Source of the DNA: Pelomyxa schiedti
Taxonomy: Eukaryota > Protista > Evosea
Length of the DNA: 64,000 bases
Assembly (NCBI GenBank): GCA_020536535.1
Contig: JAHLWZ010000573.1
Location: 19,627 to 83,626 of the forward strand
Reading direction: 5' to 3'
The notes beneath the pieces were generated by a model. It worked only from the letters and a program-made list of their open reading frames with translations, made no database searches and was not told the origin of the DNA. The position numbers and the translations under genes were made by a program. Positions 15,498 through 26,646 of the stretch are shown piece by piece. Numbering within the stretch: the first letter of the stretch is position 1; each line of letters opens with the position of its first letter.

Positions 15498-17045
15498 TTA
15501 TTCATGTGCATCTGCTCTGGATAGTAAGCACACATTCAGGAATTGTGTAAGGGCTGTTTCCACGAGCGCTCTGAGCGTTGGTGCCGCGAGTCCGGCTGGT
15601 TTTTCATTCTCCTTTTGAACAACATACCAACAGGGCTGACAGCCTCTTACACGCGCGTACTTCACTGATCCTGTTTTAATTAGTGAGTTTAGAGGTGTTT
15701 GCTTGTTTTTTACTCACCCCCACTGTCCACATATGTGGCATGCTCATCGGGCCAACGTCTGAAAATTCTTAAGTGGTAAATACCCTAAATTCATTAACCA
15801 GGAAAAAAGAAACTTGTAACCAAATACCTGTCCTGTATTCAGAGAGCCGGCACACATGCCAGGAGTTGAGTCACTGAAACGAATAAGAAACGCTCTGACT
15901 TTCTGTTTGGAAAGAATCTGTTCGCAAGTAATCCGTCCAATGAACCCGAAGTTGTACCTAAAACTGGTGAGTTTGATATGAAATAGGGAAAAAACTCACG
16001 GAGAGTTGATGTCATCTATTGTTGACTGTAATACTTCCAACACTTCACTTATTGGGGAAGAAAGAAAAGAGCACAATTGTAACCAACGAGATTTTGTTAT
16101 CGAATTGCCTTTATCGCAAACTATGGTTTGTTGGTTAGTTTTGTTCTTTTTATGTGGATTTACCCATTAGTTCGGACCAGGAGGATATATCCGCATTGAA
16201 CATCTGTGAAATAAAGAGAGTGACGCAACCCCAGGTAACTGTGGGTGCACTATGGGCCATGGCGTACCATGCACTTTCGGTGGTGTAAGTGGTGGGAGCA
16301 CTGTGAAACAGAGGAACAGACTTTGAGTTCATTTCGGGGGGATTGTGCAATAGTGGATTGAAGGAAGGTGGAGGAACAGTTTTAACGAGTGCAGAAGGCT
16401 CGGGAGTTGCTTTGGGTAAATCTGGCATTTCTTTAAATTGCTTGGAAAGTTTGTTTGATAGCATACTGTACACAACTCCGAGATGAAGAAATTGATTATT
16501 AGACCACAGAAATAAGAGTAGCGAATAGCACGTGTCCCTTTTTTTCGGAGGAGGGAGTATGAGTCTACAAGGACGCACCGTACCTAAGATAAAGTTGGGG
16601 ATATTTATATGGAAAATAATTTGCAAGTCATAGGGAGAGTACTGGATGGTTTTCGACATTGCAGCACAAGGAACCCGTCGCACAGCTGTACGTATGTTGT
16701 AACTCCACTTTCTACCTGCGCCACTTTCACTATCTCGTAGGCTTCTTCCGAAAATTTTGGGATGAAGCAACACTCGGATGGGATGCCCGGCTCCACTACA
16801 AAATATGCGGTGAACAATGCTTGGAGTGCCCCCGCGACCACATCCAGGTGACGCTTGTACTTTGGTGGAAGCGATAGGTCCGACCTCTCGGGTTGATATT
16901 CATTCGGTCGTGCCTCCGTGCTTCTTGTGCCATTGTTGAGGCCTACAGACCTGGCCGGTGATACTTTTTGTGGTTGTAGCGGCTGTTGTAGCTGCTGTAT
17001 GAATTGAGCTGACGTGGTATGTTGTGGCTGTGGGTGTGAGCTCAT
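15498..17045 (-). CDS. STAT-like SH2-domain protein (multi-exon)
   Basis: SH2 signature YNFGFIGRITCEQILSKQKVRAFLIRFSDSTPG, preceded by a STAT-linker-like TVTWGCVTLFISQMF segment and a Q-rich N-terminus. Ends LLSRADAHE*. Confidence 0.7.
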
Positions 17046-17410
17046 TTTTGGTTTTTTGCTGGTTTTTTTTATGGTTTTCAACTACGGGGGTTACCGACTT
17101 GGTGTCTCCACCACCTTGGATATGGGACTGACTTAAGGGTTTCAGAGTGCACATGTTGGTTGAGGAACCGGTTCCCTGGAACAGAAACGGCTCGTGCCAT
17201 TTCTGAGCTGTTACCGCTACACTGGCTGGAACTACTAAGTATCTTCTCCGATAGTGGTGGAAGGCAGCTTGACGCATTGGAGCATGGATGCTGCGTGATA
17301 TTATGCAGAGGCTCAGAATGAAGGAAAGAAAGTCAAGGGTTGTCACTAGCACACTTTTTGCACAAAGAAGTTTAACAGTGTTTTTTATCCAATACTACCT
17401 TTTTACCTTA

Positions 17411-17520
17411 TTTCCTCTCAAAAAGCCTTTTTGAGAGGAAAAACCTTCACCCAATGGGGTGAAGGTTTCCAGAGGAAAGTGACAGCCAAAACCTTCACTT
17501 CTTGGGTTTTTGGGTGAAGA
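17411..17520. repeat. Cluster of adjacent inverted repeats (hairpins) in a divergent intergenic region
   Basis: TTTCCTCTCAAAAA-gcc-TTTTTGAGAGGAAA (14-bp perfect stem, 17411-17441); AAACCTTCACCC-aatg-GGGTGAAGGTTT (12-bp perfect stem, 17441-17468); a third degenerate CTTCAC...GTGAAG copy. Confidence 0.85.
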
Positions 17521-17557
17521 CTTCATAGAGGAAAACACCCCTTCCAATGATACAGTT

Positions 17558-19560
17558 ATGATCTCCATTGAGTTGTGTGTTTTGTTGATCCAGCAGTTCT
17601 GCACCACAACACTGACACTGATGACTACAACTATGACTGCACTGACCAATCCACAACAACAGGAGATACTGTCCCACAAGTATTCGACTGCAGCCCACCG
17701 GTGAGCCCTTACACTACTTCGACGCACTCAGTGTTTTTACAACAAGTTAAATCAACTGAGAAGAAGCAGTGACGACCGAACGGCCGTTTGGTGGCACTGT
17801 TTCCCGGACGGATACAGTGGTTGCCTGCGCCCAGAGGGAGGACCGCAGATCTGTCATACCCAGTAAAGAAAGTAAGAGTTGGTGGTAGCGCACTCATTTT
17901 ATTTTTGACACTGGAGACACAGGCACTAGCAGCAGTCAGTCAGCTGTGTTACACAAAGAACGACAGAAGAAGGGCAGGAGGAAGAAAAACGAACACAGCA
18001 AAGACGTCGCTACATCCAAGGGTGGAAAGGGGAGCCCGGTCTGTGAAAATGTTAAAGAACCAACGAGAAAGCGATCCAGGGTCGACAAGGAAGTACTTGT
18101 TAGCTCTGGGAGGTACCATTTCCACGTATGATTGATTTTTGTGGCAACCTTCACTCCAATATCACGGCGTGTATCACCATTCATAGAGCTGATGGGCGTC
18201 CTACTCGCCGCTGTGCAGCCAAGGCATCGCAAATAATTGGTATGCATTGACATTGCATTCTACACATGACTTGTCCACCAGGCAGATTTTTTGAGGAATT
18301 GTCCAGTGCTCCGGCGCCAATAGATTATGGTTCTATTGGAGACGATGAGGGAGACCTCTCTGACTTGGATGGTAACGGGGATTTAGATGAGTCTTTCCAT
18401 CCCAGTCTGTCGAACTCATGTGAAGAGTCTCTAGATTCACCAGATTCACTGGACTCTCCTGAATCACCTCCAGTTACACCAAAAATAGAAGTCACCATGT
18501 CACCGATACCTGAAAGATCTGGTGAAAGCGATAATGGCGACTCCTCCTGGGACTCAGAGGTACAAATTGGAATTATATTAAATCCACTTTACACCAACCT
18601 ATACATACCAGCAAGAGAACCAACTCTGTGCTGGGTACATGTCCATTCCTCCGCAGAGCAAATACTTCTGGGTGCAGGTCGCCAAGCATGTGCCTAACAA
18701 GTCGCCGCACCAGTGCATAACGAAGTTCGCACAAATGTTTGAGAAGCGGGCCTCCTCACGGCATCACCCTATCAAACCAGAGAAGCCAAGTGAAGAAGAT
18801 GTTATTAGGGGCAGAGCGGGGACCGGCCTTAGAATGAGGTGCATAAGAAAACTGTTGAAACAGGTCTATTGCGTGTTTACCTCCAGTCCTCTAACAATAA
18901 TCAGACAGATGCAAAACAGGCTCCACACGATCCGCTGTCATCTTGTGATCGCCATGCCTTGAATACCGAGGCCACACTAGATCAACTGGACTCCGTCTTT
19001 TCTACTGCACGACTTACTGTAAAGCACGCCTCACCCAAACCAAAGAGCACGGTTTCCCCTCGCACCAGCCTCAGTGACAGTGAGGTTGTGTCACCCTTGA
19101 CCCACAACAGGGATTTACTTGATGCCTATGTCATACGGTTGGCCAAAGGCCGGCAAAAAGTCACTCTCCAAAACGCCAAGACGAAGTCATTTGAGTCGGC
19201 TGCTATCGTACCAAGAAAGAAGGTAAGGTCTTTCAGTAGTACCGCATCTTTACCTATTTGCAGCGAGCTCCACTCAATAACGTTAACGAGTGGGTGAGTT
19301 CCCATCAGAAGAGAACCTCAACAGATACCGACGACTTGTACTTCGATTACCGCGACGATGACCCCATACCCCACACACCTCCCGAGCAATCACAACACAA
19401 TCAAACGTCATCCGACTCCCCAAATAGCCCTCCAACGCCAACAGCCGCTGCCTCAACAAACACAAGCACAACCAACACGTGCCATACCCTTTCCACGCCA
19501 CAACCACTAAATCAGTCACTACAGTACACCCAATCAACAAACAAACAAAGCAATGAATAG
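17558..19560 (+). CDS. SANT/Myb protein resembling the C-terminal half of M18BP1/KNL2 (start uncertain)
   Basis: SWDSEQENQLCAGYMSIPPQSKYFWVQVAKHVPNKSPHQCITKF (SANT), followed by IRGRAGTGLRMRCIRKLLKQ, SPLTHNRDLLDAYVIRL and DDLYF. These parallel vertebrate M18BP1 ITAKVGTLKRKQQMREFLEQ, DRNDCDKYVFRM and DYYF. Confidence 0.65.
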
Positions 19561-19598
19561 TTCTGTAAACCAACTCCCTTGATGGTTGGAGCACCAGT

Positions 19599-20172
19599 CT
19601 AGTCAAAGAGGCCGAATCCAGATAACGAAGAGTTGGGTGATGTGGACCCTGACCACTTAAGTTGAGGTCTCTTGATCTCCATGGCCTCCAAGCGTGGTAG
19701 TTTTTCAGATGAGGAGGAACTGTTGTATCCAATGGTGAGCTTTGGCGTTCCAAACAGGCAGTCCTCATCAGATGAGGCCAGAGACTGAAAAAGAAAAAAA
19801 GGAGACACATACCAGTGTCACTTGTGCTGGAAATGCCGAAAACACTCGCATTGTGCAACACTGGGAGGGCTGTTCATGTATAACAATACAACTAAAAAGA
19901 AAATAAGTAACTAAATAAAATAAAAAAAAAAAAAAACAAAATAAATAAATATAATTTCACGGTATAAAATCAATTAAATGCATTTAATTTAATTTAAATA
20001 AAATAGATAGATAAACAAATAAATATACTGTTGGCAGAAGCCGCCCTGCACCCTGCACCCCACACCCCACGGCCCACGCACCGCACACCACGCACCACGG
20101 CCCACGCCCAGCGCTCTGCACCGCGCCCCCCCCCCCCGGACACCACCCCGTGGATGGAGACCCATCCGTCAT
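19599..20172 (-). CDS. Small hypothetical protein (3 exons)
   Basis: MTDGSPSTGWCPGGG...WCVVCGAWAVG...LLPT | PSQCCTMRVFSAFPAQVTL | SLASSDEDCLFG...GFGLFD* splices in frame using the AT-rich intron (~19870-20028) and a short intron (~19785-19813). Confidence 0.4.
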
Positions 20173-20969
20173 CCACTGCCCCGACGTGTCTCGCCGCACC
20201 ACCAGCCCCACCCCACAGCTGAGATACCATTTCGGCTGCACGGTATGTCCACCAGGAGGTGGTGCTTTGGGGGTTCGTTTTCGGACTTCATTGCCACTAA
20301 CCGGCACTACGACTCCGGCGAAGTCACGAAGCTCGGAGTTTTGAGAACTGATGACCGATTGGAAACACTTTTTTAACCTGTTTAACACTCTGTGGGACCT
20401 ATGGAAGGAGTTTTTGACTGCAGGATACAAAGTGTCAAATGACCACCCTGGGGTCATTTTACACAGGAAATGATAGGTGACCACCCTAAATTACATCATG
20501 TGGTTTTTCCTCTAGGTAAATTGACCGCCCTTGCCCTCCAGATATGCAATAGAACACAGCGGAGGTGACGATTCAGTACTTGCCAGATGGTTCCCATTTC
20601 CAAACGGGGTATCCCAAGTGTTGCCATAATGGGAGAATGCTTTCTGGGAGACGAGGAATGCCCATCGAGGTACATGCTGTTCTTTGTGATAAACCAGGTC
20701 CCTTCCCCTGGATTACTTTCACAGCTGTTAAGAGTTACACTCCAACACCAATGTGACTTCCAGAGATAATTAATTACTTGAAATATTCCAAGTAGCTCTT
20801 GGCCCAATCTTAACACCCATATCAGCAACAATAGAGATTACATTCACCGACGGGTTCTGTACAGTGCAGTTTTTGTCTCTGTAATATCCATCAGTATTTG
20901 TACACCAGAAATTTTCAGTCCAGGTTGTACTCTCGGTTTTCTTATCAGTTGAAAAATCAGGAGAATACC

Positions 20970-21411
20970 AATGAGCCTCGAGTTTGTAAAGCAGGCAGAA
21001 GAGAGGTTAGATCCACGAAGGAGGGCATTGGAAAAATTAGTGCAGCACCTTTGAGAGGTTGGGGCGAACAGTTTTAGCACCTCTGAAATTAGAACTCGCG
21101 AGGTTCCCGGCCTGAAGATTGGCTTATTTGAGTTTTGTATGGGCAAAGTTAGCCCCACTTGCAGTGGCACTGAGATTTGCACATGAAAGATCAGAGCCCT
21201 CAAAATTACAGCTGAAAACGGCATTCCGCAACCAGGACACACAGTGTCCTAAAATAAAAAATGGAACCTTGGAGCTGTACCAATGTTCTTCCAACCCCAA
21301 GACCTCTCCTTCTTGGAAAAACAACCAGGCAGTGTTGTCCTCACCTTCTATGAAGGTGGTCGGGATGGTTGGTCGGGACAGTTCACCTTGGGAGTGTGAT
21401 CTGTTACACAA
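20970..21411 (-). pseudogene. Degraded pentapeptide-repeat gene (possibly BTB-pentapeptide, KCTD9-like)
   Basis: SCNFEGSDLSCANLSATASGANFAHTKLK*ANLQAGNLASSNFRGAK contains an in-frame TAA at 21124. The repeats resume in another frame (CTNFSNALLRGSNLSSACFTNSRL). LFFQEGEVLGL upstream resembles the end of a BTB domain. Confidence 0.65.
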
Positions 21412-21861
21412 AAATTCTGAACGGAGAATTCTTGGTTGATGTGCGTGTCTCAGTGTCCTCCCACCAAATTCGTGTTTTCTCTCATTTTGATGAACACGCG
21501 TGTAGCTGAGGCGGTTTGGATGAGCACCTAACTGTGCAGATTTGCAGGATGACTTGAGGCTTGTGGCTGAGCCAAACTACACTGAGAGTTACCCAGCCTC
21601 TCAGATTCCAAGCGCCCCATCGACGGCAAACCCTTCTTTTTTTCCTTCTTTGCACTACTGCCGTTCAGGAATTGCGACGATCTAGGATCTCTCAAATCCA
21701 AAGGTATTTTTGGCCACGGTCCACGGAACAGAAGTCGCGATCACCAGTGGGTTTTCAAACATCAAATCAAGGTGAAGGTTTCTTTTCTTGTCTTTTCTTG
21801 TTCGTTCTGCACCTAACACAGACATACAAAGCCAGATACGGCATCAACGAACACTGCCACA

Positions 21862-23305
21862 ATGACCACCCCACGCGGCATCAACTTCCCACCACCAACA
21901 AAAACAAACAATCCAAGCCCGACAACCTCCGCACCACCACCACGCCCAACATCATCCCCCCGCCTGTCGCCAATGACCCCCCGCACGGCCCCTTCGCCTT
22001 CGCCATCCCCCGCGAACCCCTCTCGGCGATGTAACAGCGTCGCCCGGTCGGGCGCGAGCGAGGAAGGTTCATCACCCAGAGAGGGCACGAGGCAAGGTGC
22101 AAAGCGCACAGTGGGCGAGGGGAAGGGACCTGGTTCGGGTACTGGTACGGCAGCGGCGTGGACGCCGGTGGTGCTGAGTGTGCCACAGCGGGTGCACCGC
22201 AGGAAGCCGGTGGACCTCTGCGTGAGGGTGGACAAGCGTTGGAGGGAGTCCCACGGTATAACCACCGGCGCAATGTTCTCGGTGTTTATCAACCACTCTT
22301 GCGTTAGTGCAACCACTCATGTTAAATGTGTGTGTACTCTCCTATTTCTAGAAATTGGGTATGTCGAGATAGTAGTATGTTGTTTAACAATGCGGCAAGT
22401 ATGAGTAACAAATCACTTTATACAGTGGAATGCTTTCGATGCAGCCCCGGAGTTGGCCACCCAGTGAAAGTTATTGTCAAGTCAAGATATCCGGTTATTG
22501 ACAAAGAAAGCAACGCGGAAATCTATGAGCTGTCTCTTCTCTCTATTTGTACCTCTTCAAGGTATTCTCGCATATGAAACAAAGCCAACACAATCCTAGG
22601 GATCACCTGGGTTCTATGGTCAGCTTATGCTTTGACATTCCCGGCTATGGTTTGCTTTTTAGCAACAGCTTCCACTTGCGCGCGAGAATGAAGAAATCAT
22701 GGCCAGCTATGCCACCTTCATCCTATAGCAGTACTACTCCAACTCCGCCTATCAACGATCCCGTATCACCTGTTGCTGAGCCAGAACAGGAATCTTATGA
22801 TGTTACCCGAACAATTATAAATAGTTCCAAGAAGTTTCGTGCTCCTGGTTAGCCCGTCTTCCCTAATTTAATCTGACCACACCAACTAGGTACATACTGT
22901 GTCGTAAGATTTACACGGTCTCTGATGCCGATTAAGCTGGAACAGTTCTTACTCAATCATCTATTTTCTGTCACACTCCCGCCGGTATTCTCACAGCTAC
23001 GCGGGAATGTTCGGGCTGTAAAACAGGTAGCACCCGCCACAGAACCCGCAGACAACAACAACCTGTGGCTCACAGTGGTTACCTATGAGACCATTGAAGA
23101 GTTCCGCACAGCCATGAACACGTGGTATCTCATACAAAAGAACATTCTCCCTAATCCCCTCAACATCGACCTGCTGGACGGTGGTTTCTGCTACACCATG
23201 GCTCTATTTGACAACGTATGATTGCCACCACCCCATACACCATCCATTGTCTGATTAGAGAAACAAAAGTGTGCGGAGGTAAACAACTTCCTCACACAGT
23301 ACTGA
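21862..23305 (+). CDS. Hypothetical protein: S/P-rich N-terminus, Cys/His beta-sandwich-like domain, C-terminal alpha/beta domain
   Basis: Exons give WTPVVLSVPQRVHRRKPVDLCVRV...ECFRC...SICTSSRDHLGSMVSLCFDIP...SNSFHLRARMKK, then YCVVRF...LWLTVVTYETIEEFRTAM. GT-AG introns are consistent. Confidence 0.6.
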
Positions 23306-23346
23306 TAGTGTGGAAAAAAAGAAAAAGATAGCCTAATTTTGTCTTA

Positions 23347-24935
23347 TTAATGGCCTTCTGTTGTGGGTGTTGGTGTTGGTTCTGTGGTTGCTGGTTTAGG
23401 GGGAGGAGTTGGTTCAGAGGTTGTTACTGCAGCTCTTTTCTTGTCCGGGTCATGGGTATTGACACAGTTGATGAGGGTAGACTTGAGGGCGAACATCTGA
23501 GCACAAAGGTTATGGGTGAGGAACGCTATTCCGGTTGGTCCTAAATCATATAGTTCAACTGCTTTGCACCCTCCATTGACTGTCACGGCAGCCCTAATTC
23601 GAAGTTAGATAATTCAGGCATCCCTCTCAGGTGTACTTGGTGCATGCAGGCCAGTTGATGCTGTTTTGTATGCCGTCCCGTTGCATTTGCTCAAAGAATT
23701 CTGCAGCTTCGATCTGAAAACAAGAAAAGTTAAGAAAATACATAGTAAAGAATTCTACCATGGAAATATCTGCTTGCCGGAAGGAACTAATGAAAGCTGG
23801 AGAGTCAGGTACCGGTGCCCAAACCTCATGTCGACCAAGAGCAATTTTTTCTTTGATAAACTGTGTCATCCCGTCCTCCTGGTAGAATGGAGAATGGAAG
23901 GCGTCATGAATGGGCAAAAGCTTTGCCTGTTCTGGCATGATGGTTTTCAATTTGGCCAACGGTGTTGGGTGCCCTATTTCTCGTCATATTCGGAAAAAAA
24001 TTAGGCAATTACCTCCAACAACAGTTAGCATTGGAGTCAGTTTCATTGCGGCAAATAGGGGAGAATCTGGAAACTCGGCATTAATTGTGGCCAGTGTCTT
24101 CTCCAGAACAGGTGCAGGGCCCTTGACGGTACATAACCAGGACTTGACCATGTTCTCTTTCCCCCATCGTTGGGTATGCAACTTGTTCAAGAAGAGGCAG
24201 GTTTCAATCTCTGACCGTGCAGTCTGAGAAAGAACGACGAGGAGTTTTTCGAGATTATCTTTTCAAAAATTAGTGTAAGTGAGAGTAAGTTGTAAGCAAT
24301 GACCAGCTTTGCTTATGGCGCCTAAAGCAGGCTCTCCCGCCGAGTATCCCAGTAACACGTCAAACGATGCTCGGAAAGCACGATACCTCTTGTTTCCATC
24401 TGGGTCATCAGCATCAGTACCCGTGCCAAGTGCCGCGACAAGGAAACAGGTAACCGAGAAAATAGCTTGCATTGGTGAGACAACAAGGAAGTGTGACAGA
24501 AATTCGTTCGATGGGCAATCGGCCTCATTCTTCACCCTGGTGCAAAATATAAGTGGGGGTAAGACAACAAAAATAACAATATAGCAAGAACATAACAGCG
24601 AGGGAGGGAGGTGCAAGCACACGCACACGCACACGCACACACCAAGCGTAGCAATCCCATACAGGGACCGTGTCGCAATAGGCCTTGATGGCAGGGAACA
24701 TCTCACAGGCCAGCGCCTTGTCCGCCACCACGTTGAACGCCGCCGACGCCTCGGCCGCTACCCCCGCCACGAACCCATCCACGATGGGGAACATGGCGCA
24801 CCACCGGCGAAGCCGCACGAACAGCCACGTGCGTATGTCCGGGTCCTCCGCAAACCCCGCCGCGATCGCGATCCTACGCGCCCTGGCTGCCGGTGCTGCT
24901 GTGGGCGCCTCACTCGGTGTCGGTGTCGTTGCCAT
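23347..24935 (-). CDS. Stand-alone acyl-CoA:ACP acyltransferase (FabD/lysophospholipase fold), closest in pattern to FAS-I acetyltransferase/SAT domains
   Basis: Catalytic GxSxG (LLGYSAGE), LTVVGG, LPIHDAFHSPF (catalytic His), INWPAC and LYDLGPTG, all in the expected order. Four introns. Confidence 0.8.
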
Positions 24936-25193
24936 TGTTCAGGTGGTTGAATCAAATTCTCTTTAAGAGAGTTATGTTGATTACATTGTGTACCCGTTCC
25001 TATCTTTTTCTCCGTGAACTGTGCAACTGAACAGTTCTGCGAAGCCATTTTGATGATATGGTCGCCCCCAGTCAGGCCTGGGATTACCGAGTCGCAATGC
25101 AGGAATGTTCTCCAGAGCTGCAAGTAAGGAAAGGAGTTTTTGTAGACATTGTTAGAGAACCCAATCAATTTCCCTGCAGATTTGGCCAGCGAC

Positions 25194-26582
25194 ATGGGTC
25201 GACACGGGTTCCAACCCCGCGTACGTGTAGCATAGTACCACGCAGTCATCAACGAGCACCTAACATGAAGCTATAGGGATGGATCAACCCAATGGTGATG
25301 GCCCGGATGAATTTCAAGCAATACACAGGACCCACGCTCAAGGACTACCTCAACAGGCCAAGGCCATCATGGGACGAAGTCAAAACCAAAATTGCAGAGA
25401 AAGAAAAACACACCTCTGAAATGGACGAGTGGGAACAACGTGCCCTGACCGAGCACAGGGAGCAACTCGCAAAGGACAGGTACACAAACTTATGGGTGCG
25501 GCAATGGCCCATTCTATAGAATTAAATTATGGCTGGTGTTCCCTAATTGCAGTGTATTAATGAGTGTTTATATCTACAGGGAAAGACTCATGGGGTACTC
25601 CTCTAGAGCTGACAAACACAAAAAACACAAGCACAAGCATAAGCACAAACACTCATCATCTTCCTCCTCAGAGTCTGATTCTGAAGAGGATTCGGCAATT
25701 GTCAACACGTCCACTACAGATTCTGCAACTACAATGCCAAGTGCACCACCTTCTAGTACAAATGCACCTTCATCTGATTCTAGCTCCTCCAGCGACGAAA
25801 GTAGTCACCACCACAAGAAAAAAAAGAAAAAAGACAAGGACAAGAAAAAGAAGAAATCACACAAAAAGAAGCATACTGCCACTCGTGCAGATGGCCCTGT
25901 CAAATTGAGTGACTTCTTCAAGAATGCAGCGGAGGAATACCGGCACCACAGCCCCAGTCCACCCCCGCGTCCTTCATCACCACCTCACAGTGCACCCCGT
26001 AAATCCTCGCCCCCACCCCGCAGAGCGTCTTCTCCGCACCGCAGCACCTCCCCTGCGCACCGGACCACCTCTCCTCCACCACGCAGAGCGTCTTCTCCGC
26101 GCCGCAGTGCCTCCCCTCCACGCAATACACACAGTCCACCTTCTGTACATTCCGCTCCGCACAGTACTCATACACCTACCCCCACACCTCAAAATTCCAA
26201 TTCCACACCGACTTCCGCTTCAAGTCCCTCAAAGGTGTTTGAACAAGTAACTCGCCGAGTGTCATCACCCACTACTATCACAATTACCAAAGCTGCTGGT
26301 TGTGATTCCAACCATCCGGAATTGGATTCCGCAGCAGCACCCTCACCACAGCACTCTTGGACAACATCCAGAAGTGAATCCTCACATACCAACCACCACG
26401 CCACCCTCCCCACTCATCGCAACCACCATCTTGATCATGATGACCCTGAGCACTCACGCTCCCAACAGGATTATGATCACACACACAAGCATACATCACC
26501 ACCTGGTGGAGACAGGCACCCAGACAATTACCCCCATAATACAAAACGGCGTCGTGTTGACGACTCCCACAACAGACATTAA
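25194..26582 (+). CDS. FAM133: FAM133-like protein
   Basis: MGRHGFQPR|GWINPMVMAR...GPTLKDYLNRPRPSWDEVK matches the FAM133 N-terminal signature, followed by K/S/H-rich and RxSSP low-complexity regions. Confidence 0.88.
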
Positions 26583-26646
26583 CTTTTTGTGATTTGCTTC
26601 AGTCCTATGTAGTAAACTTTTTTAAAAATGGTTCAAAATCATCGTT

